Shown here piece by piece: positions 60,839-64,000 of a stretch of DNA of 64,000 bases (positions are counted from its first letter, which is position 1; the number at the start of each line of letters is the position of its first letter). Under the pieces are notes generated by a model. That model made no database searches and was not told the origin of the DNA. It was given only the letters and a program-made list of their open reading frames with translations. A program made the translations under genes and the position numbers. This stretch comes from a candidate division WOR-3 bacterium (GTDB taxonomy: Bacteria > Hydrothermota > Hydrothermia > B15-G9 > WFZT01), in contig JALUEE010000090.1 in the NCBI GenBank assembly GCA_027053075.1, positions 18,135 to 82,134 of the forward strand, read 5' to 3'.

Positions 60839-62563
60839 TTACCTGACCACCATAAACTTTTCAAATTTCTTTCCATTGAATTTGACAAAATAAATACCGC
60901 TTCTCCATCCTCTCACGTCAAGTGTCAATCTGGGGCCTGTAAAAATTCTGTGTGAAACCATTCTGCCAGAAACATCGTATATTCTGATTTCATTTTTTAT
61001 GCCTTTATGGGAAGCTTCAAAAACAATGTAATTTCTCGCTATATTGTTTGAAAGTTTGATATTGCCTTTAATTGAGCCTTCATTCACCCCAACTGTTGTG
61101 ATAGGGGTTAAGCCGTGGCAGGAGAAGTCATCTATAAACCACCCGACACCTGTGTTGTTGCGATTGGACTTAAAATGAAAGGCTATTTCCACAGTGTCAC
61201 CTAAATGTGCTTCATTTAGGATAAACACCTCTGCTTGCCACTCTCTGGATTGTCCTGTAAAACCTTCATCTCTAAGCGCGTAAACATAACTTGAGTAGCC
61301 ATCGGTCGGTGTTAGAAGATGCCAGGTAGAATCGTAAGAATACACAACGTTACCGCCATCCATTCTCCTCTCAGTATCAAACCATGTCCACAGTGCGAAG
61401 CCCGGAAACGAATCAGCTACCACAAAATTTCCCATAAGCCACATATCAGCGGAGTTCGGATAATTTGAATTGAGGGAAGTACCCCATACCCTCGAGCCTG
61501 AGTGACCTCCATTGGGGCCAATAGTGGGTGTCCCCCATGACCAACCACCGCTTCCAACAAAGTTCCCGCTGTCGCTTTCGAAATCATTGGTCAATGAAGG
61601 AACTATCCAGTAGGTCGTGAGTGTGTCGTTACCCGGGTGTTCGTCCCCGGGTGCATCTGTTATAAAGTTCACTTTAAAAAGTCCCAGGCGATTTAACTGC
61701 ACCTGGTTAAATTGAACTGTGTCAATTGAAAATGGTTCAACGTTGCTCAACATCAGGCTCTGGAATGCGAGTGTGTCAGTTCCTCTCAAATTTGTCAGAG
61801 TAAAATAAACGTTAAAATTCATGGTGTCAGAACTCGCATTCACAATCTCAAGCTCGGGACTTAGAGATGTTCCATGCTCAAGTATAGGTGATGATGGTGA
61901 GATTACTGAAGACGGATAAACATCGATCAGTTGCACACCTGAAGGTCTTGTAAAATAAACTGTCAAACTGTCGTGTGGCAAGAAAGGTTGGCCGTTGTAA
62001 ATGTACTGAATAAAGTTACCATTTGCCCCATCGCCACCCTGAATTCCAATAGTAGAAGAATTCATAGGAGGATTCAGATTAAGATAGCTAAATGCGATAT
62101 TTCCATTACGGTAGAGAATTACCTCGAAGGTGTATGGACCACCACTGTGATAGTGTGCGACGGATTCCCATTCCACAACAAAAGCATCCTGAGTGGAATC
62201 GTACTTTGTGAGAATTTGACCGGATGAAACAGGATTCAGGTCATCCCACCAGGGTGAAATTAAATTTTCGAGGTTTCCAACTGGTAGAGAGAGATTACTT
62301 GCGGCTCGGGTATAAGTGGAGGTGAGATAACCGTTGGAAACCACGTAAATTTCTCGCAAAGCCTGGCCGTAAAAGGGGAAAATGAAAGGTAGATTGATTA
62401 ATGCGTTATCATCATCAGCAAGCTCAAGTGTATCACCACCCGAGGCATCTATCCAGACGAATCCGGGCCCTCCTGTTGTATCAGAGTCGATAAATCTGTA
62501 TCCAAAGCTGTCCTGGCCACTATGACCCTGAGAGAGAAGCACAAACAGTAAAAGCAGTTTCAT
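60839..62563 (-). CDS. Secreted beta-rich protein with T9SS type-A-like sorting domain
   Basis: Signal peptide; nidogen-like ISPWWDDL/TFEVILY; GWFIDD; C-terminal IYDVSGRMV...SGIYFV. Confidence 0.75.
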   Translation of the reverse strand: MKLLLLFVLLSQGHSGQDSFGYRFIDSDTTGGPGFVWIDASGGDTLELADDDNALINLPFIFPFYGQALREIYVVSNGYLTSTYTRAASNLSLPVGNLENLISPWWDDLNPVSSGQILTKYDSTQDAFVVEWESVAHYHSGGPYTFEVILYRNGNIAFSYLNLNPPMNSSTIGIQGGDGANGNFIQYIYNGQPFLPHDSLTVYFTRPSGVQLIDVYPSSVISPSSPILEHGTSLSPELEIVNASSDTMNFNVYFTLTNLRGTDTLAFQSLMLSNVEPFSIDTVQFNQVQLNRLGLFKVNFITDAPGDEHPGNDTLTTYWIVPSLTNDFESDSGNFVGSGGWSWGTPTIGPNGGHSGSRVWGTSLNSNYPNSADMWLMGNFVVADSFPGFALWTWFDTERRMDGGNVVYSYDSTWHLLTPTDGYSSYVYALRDEGFTGQSREWQAEVFILNEAHLGDTVEIAFHFKSNRNNTGVGWFIDDFSCHGLTPITTVGVNEGSIKGNIKLSNNIARNYIVFEASHKGIKNEIRIYDVSGRMVSHRIFTGPRLTLDVRGWRSGIYFVKFNGKKFEKFMVVR

Positions 62564-62627
62564 AGATTAATCCTCCTTTTTGCGAATTATACCTTGGCTC
62601 ATGAGAAACTATCAATCAATTAGGATC

Positions 62628-62686
62628 AGGGGAAAATTCCCTTCCCTCGATCTTTAAACAAATTATGCGGGGAAAGGAAGTTTTTG
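62628..62686 (+). repeat. Degenerate dispersed repeat module A
   Basis: acaaattatgcggggaaaggaagttttt. Confidence 0.55.
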
Positions 62687-62770
62687 GTAATCGATTATGA
62701 TTTCTTTAAACAAGTAAAGCCTTTGAGAAAACAAGGAGCATTCTGAAAAGCTTTTAATGCCTAAAAACTG

Positions 62771-63889
62771 TTACTTCTTGAATAAATCCTCGTAGGCGAT
62801 GTAGCCGTATTTAGCAAGCTTATCTGCAGGAATAAATCTAAGAGCGGCAGAATTTATACAATAGCGAAGGTTTGTAGGGGGTGGCCCATCATGAAAAAGA
62901 TGCCCCAGATGTGAATCAGCATGCCTGCTCCGAACCTCGATCCTGATCATTCCAAAACTTGTATCCTTCCTCTAAACGATATTTTGAGGCTCAAGCGGTC
63001 TTGTAAAACTTGGCCATCCTGAGCCAGAATCAAATTTGTCTTTGGATGAAAAAAGGGGTTCTCCAGAGACAACATCCACATAGATTCCTGGCTCATGGTT
63101 ATTCCAGTATTCGTTTTTAAAGGGTGGCTCAGTAGCATTTTCCTGAGTTACTTTGTATTGCAGAGGAGTAAGAATTTTTCTCAAAACCTTATCCTCAGGT
63201 TTCACGTATCCCAACCAGTAACTCTGCCTCTCAGGAAAAAGTCTAAAATAAGGATGCCTGTCCCAGACATTGATGACAAAAAACTCCCTGCCAGAGGCGT
63301 TTTTATAGGAATAATAGCGTCCGGGATAGTTGCAGTAGAACCCTTGATGATATTTCTCTGCAGGATAGAATTTCTTCGCCTTAAGGATGTCAACAACAAT
63401 CGGTCTATCAAAAATTCCTGCTAATTCTATTCTTCTTTTTGACTCTTCGGCCAGCATTTTCTGCTCATCGTTTAAATAAAATATAGCGGGTCTGTATTGA
63501 CTTCCTCTATCAACAAACTGGCCGCCTGCATCCGTTGGATCGATGTCCTTCCAGTACACTTCGAGGAGCCTTTCATAAGATACTTTTGTTGGATCATAAA
63601 TAACCTTTACCGCTTCCCTGTGGCCAGTTGTGCCAGTTGAAACCATTTCATAGGTAGGATTTTCAACATGACCGCCGGTGTATCCGGAAATAGCGTCGAT
63701 TACACCGGGTACCTTCTCAAAAGCTTCTTCCATGCACCAGAAGCAACCACCTGCAAATATGGCTACCTCTTCATTCTTTGATTTTGAATTCATTGCGTTG
63801 CCTCCATTTGTCTTTCCACTGGCAAATAAAACTGCCACAAAGATAAAGGCAAGGAATAACGGGAAAATTGCTTGCTGTATAGAAATCAT
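62771..63889 (-). pseudogene. msrAB: Exported peptide-methionine sulfoxide reductase MsrA-MsrB fusion interrupted by in-frame TAG at 62972-62974
   Basis: GGCFWC and GYTGG (MsrA); [11 protein letters not shown], then TAG, then in frame [33 protein letters not shown] to TAA at 62771. Confidence 0.85.
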
Positions 63890-64000
63890 TTCATATCCTC
63901 CAAAAGCTGTGTGGTTGGATATTTTAAAGGGGAAAACGGTTTGTGGGTAATGACTAATGTAATTATAATGGGTGGAGTTTTTGTTAAAAATGTGAGGGGG

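Noticed and set aside
62972..62974. Genome-wide TAG reassignment or selenocysteine recoding
   Set aside because: TAG terminates several conserved genes at expected positions, and I found no in-frame TGA at catalytic Cys positions

Overview
Bacterial chromosomal segment of moderate GC, densely coded and mostly housekeeping or metabolic. It holds coaBC/rpoZ, a long pyk-cobB operon, queG/rsmI, ino1 with a CDP-alcohol phosphotransferase, fba-aroH-pheA-tyrA, guaB, tatC-lnt-dnaB-cysS, rpmH-rnpA-yidD-yidC-jag, five tRNAs, an orphan type IV pilin and msrAB. Lnt, T9SS/FlgD-type C-termini and oxygen-sensitive radical enzymes suggest a diderm anaerobe, possibly FCB/WOR-3-like (low-confidence inference). 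No CRISPR array, rRNA, integrase or transposase is visible. Most notable: (1) a candidate ~89-nt GGA-rich small RNA at 15221-15309 (-) with a sigma54 promoter, two palindromic upstream sites and its own terminator, whose promoter is 21/22 identical to the pilin promoter; (2) an orphan SdhA/FrdA-like flavoprotein with several catalytic residues replaced, coupled to an MmgE/PrpD enzyme; (3) two families of non-coding palindromic dispersed elements filling most long intergenic gaps; (4) an in-frame TAG in msrB; (5) recurrent leaderless-type gene starts and two small ORFs missing from the ORF track. All calls come from motif recognition by eye; no database searches were run.
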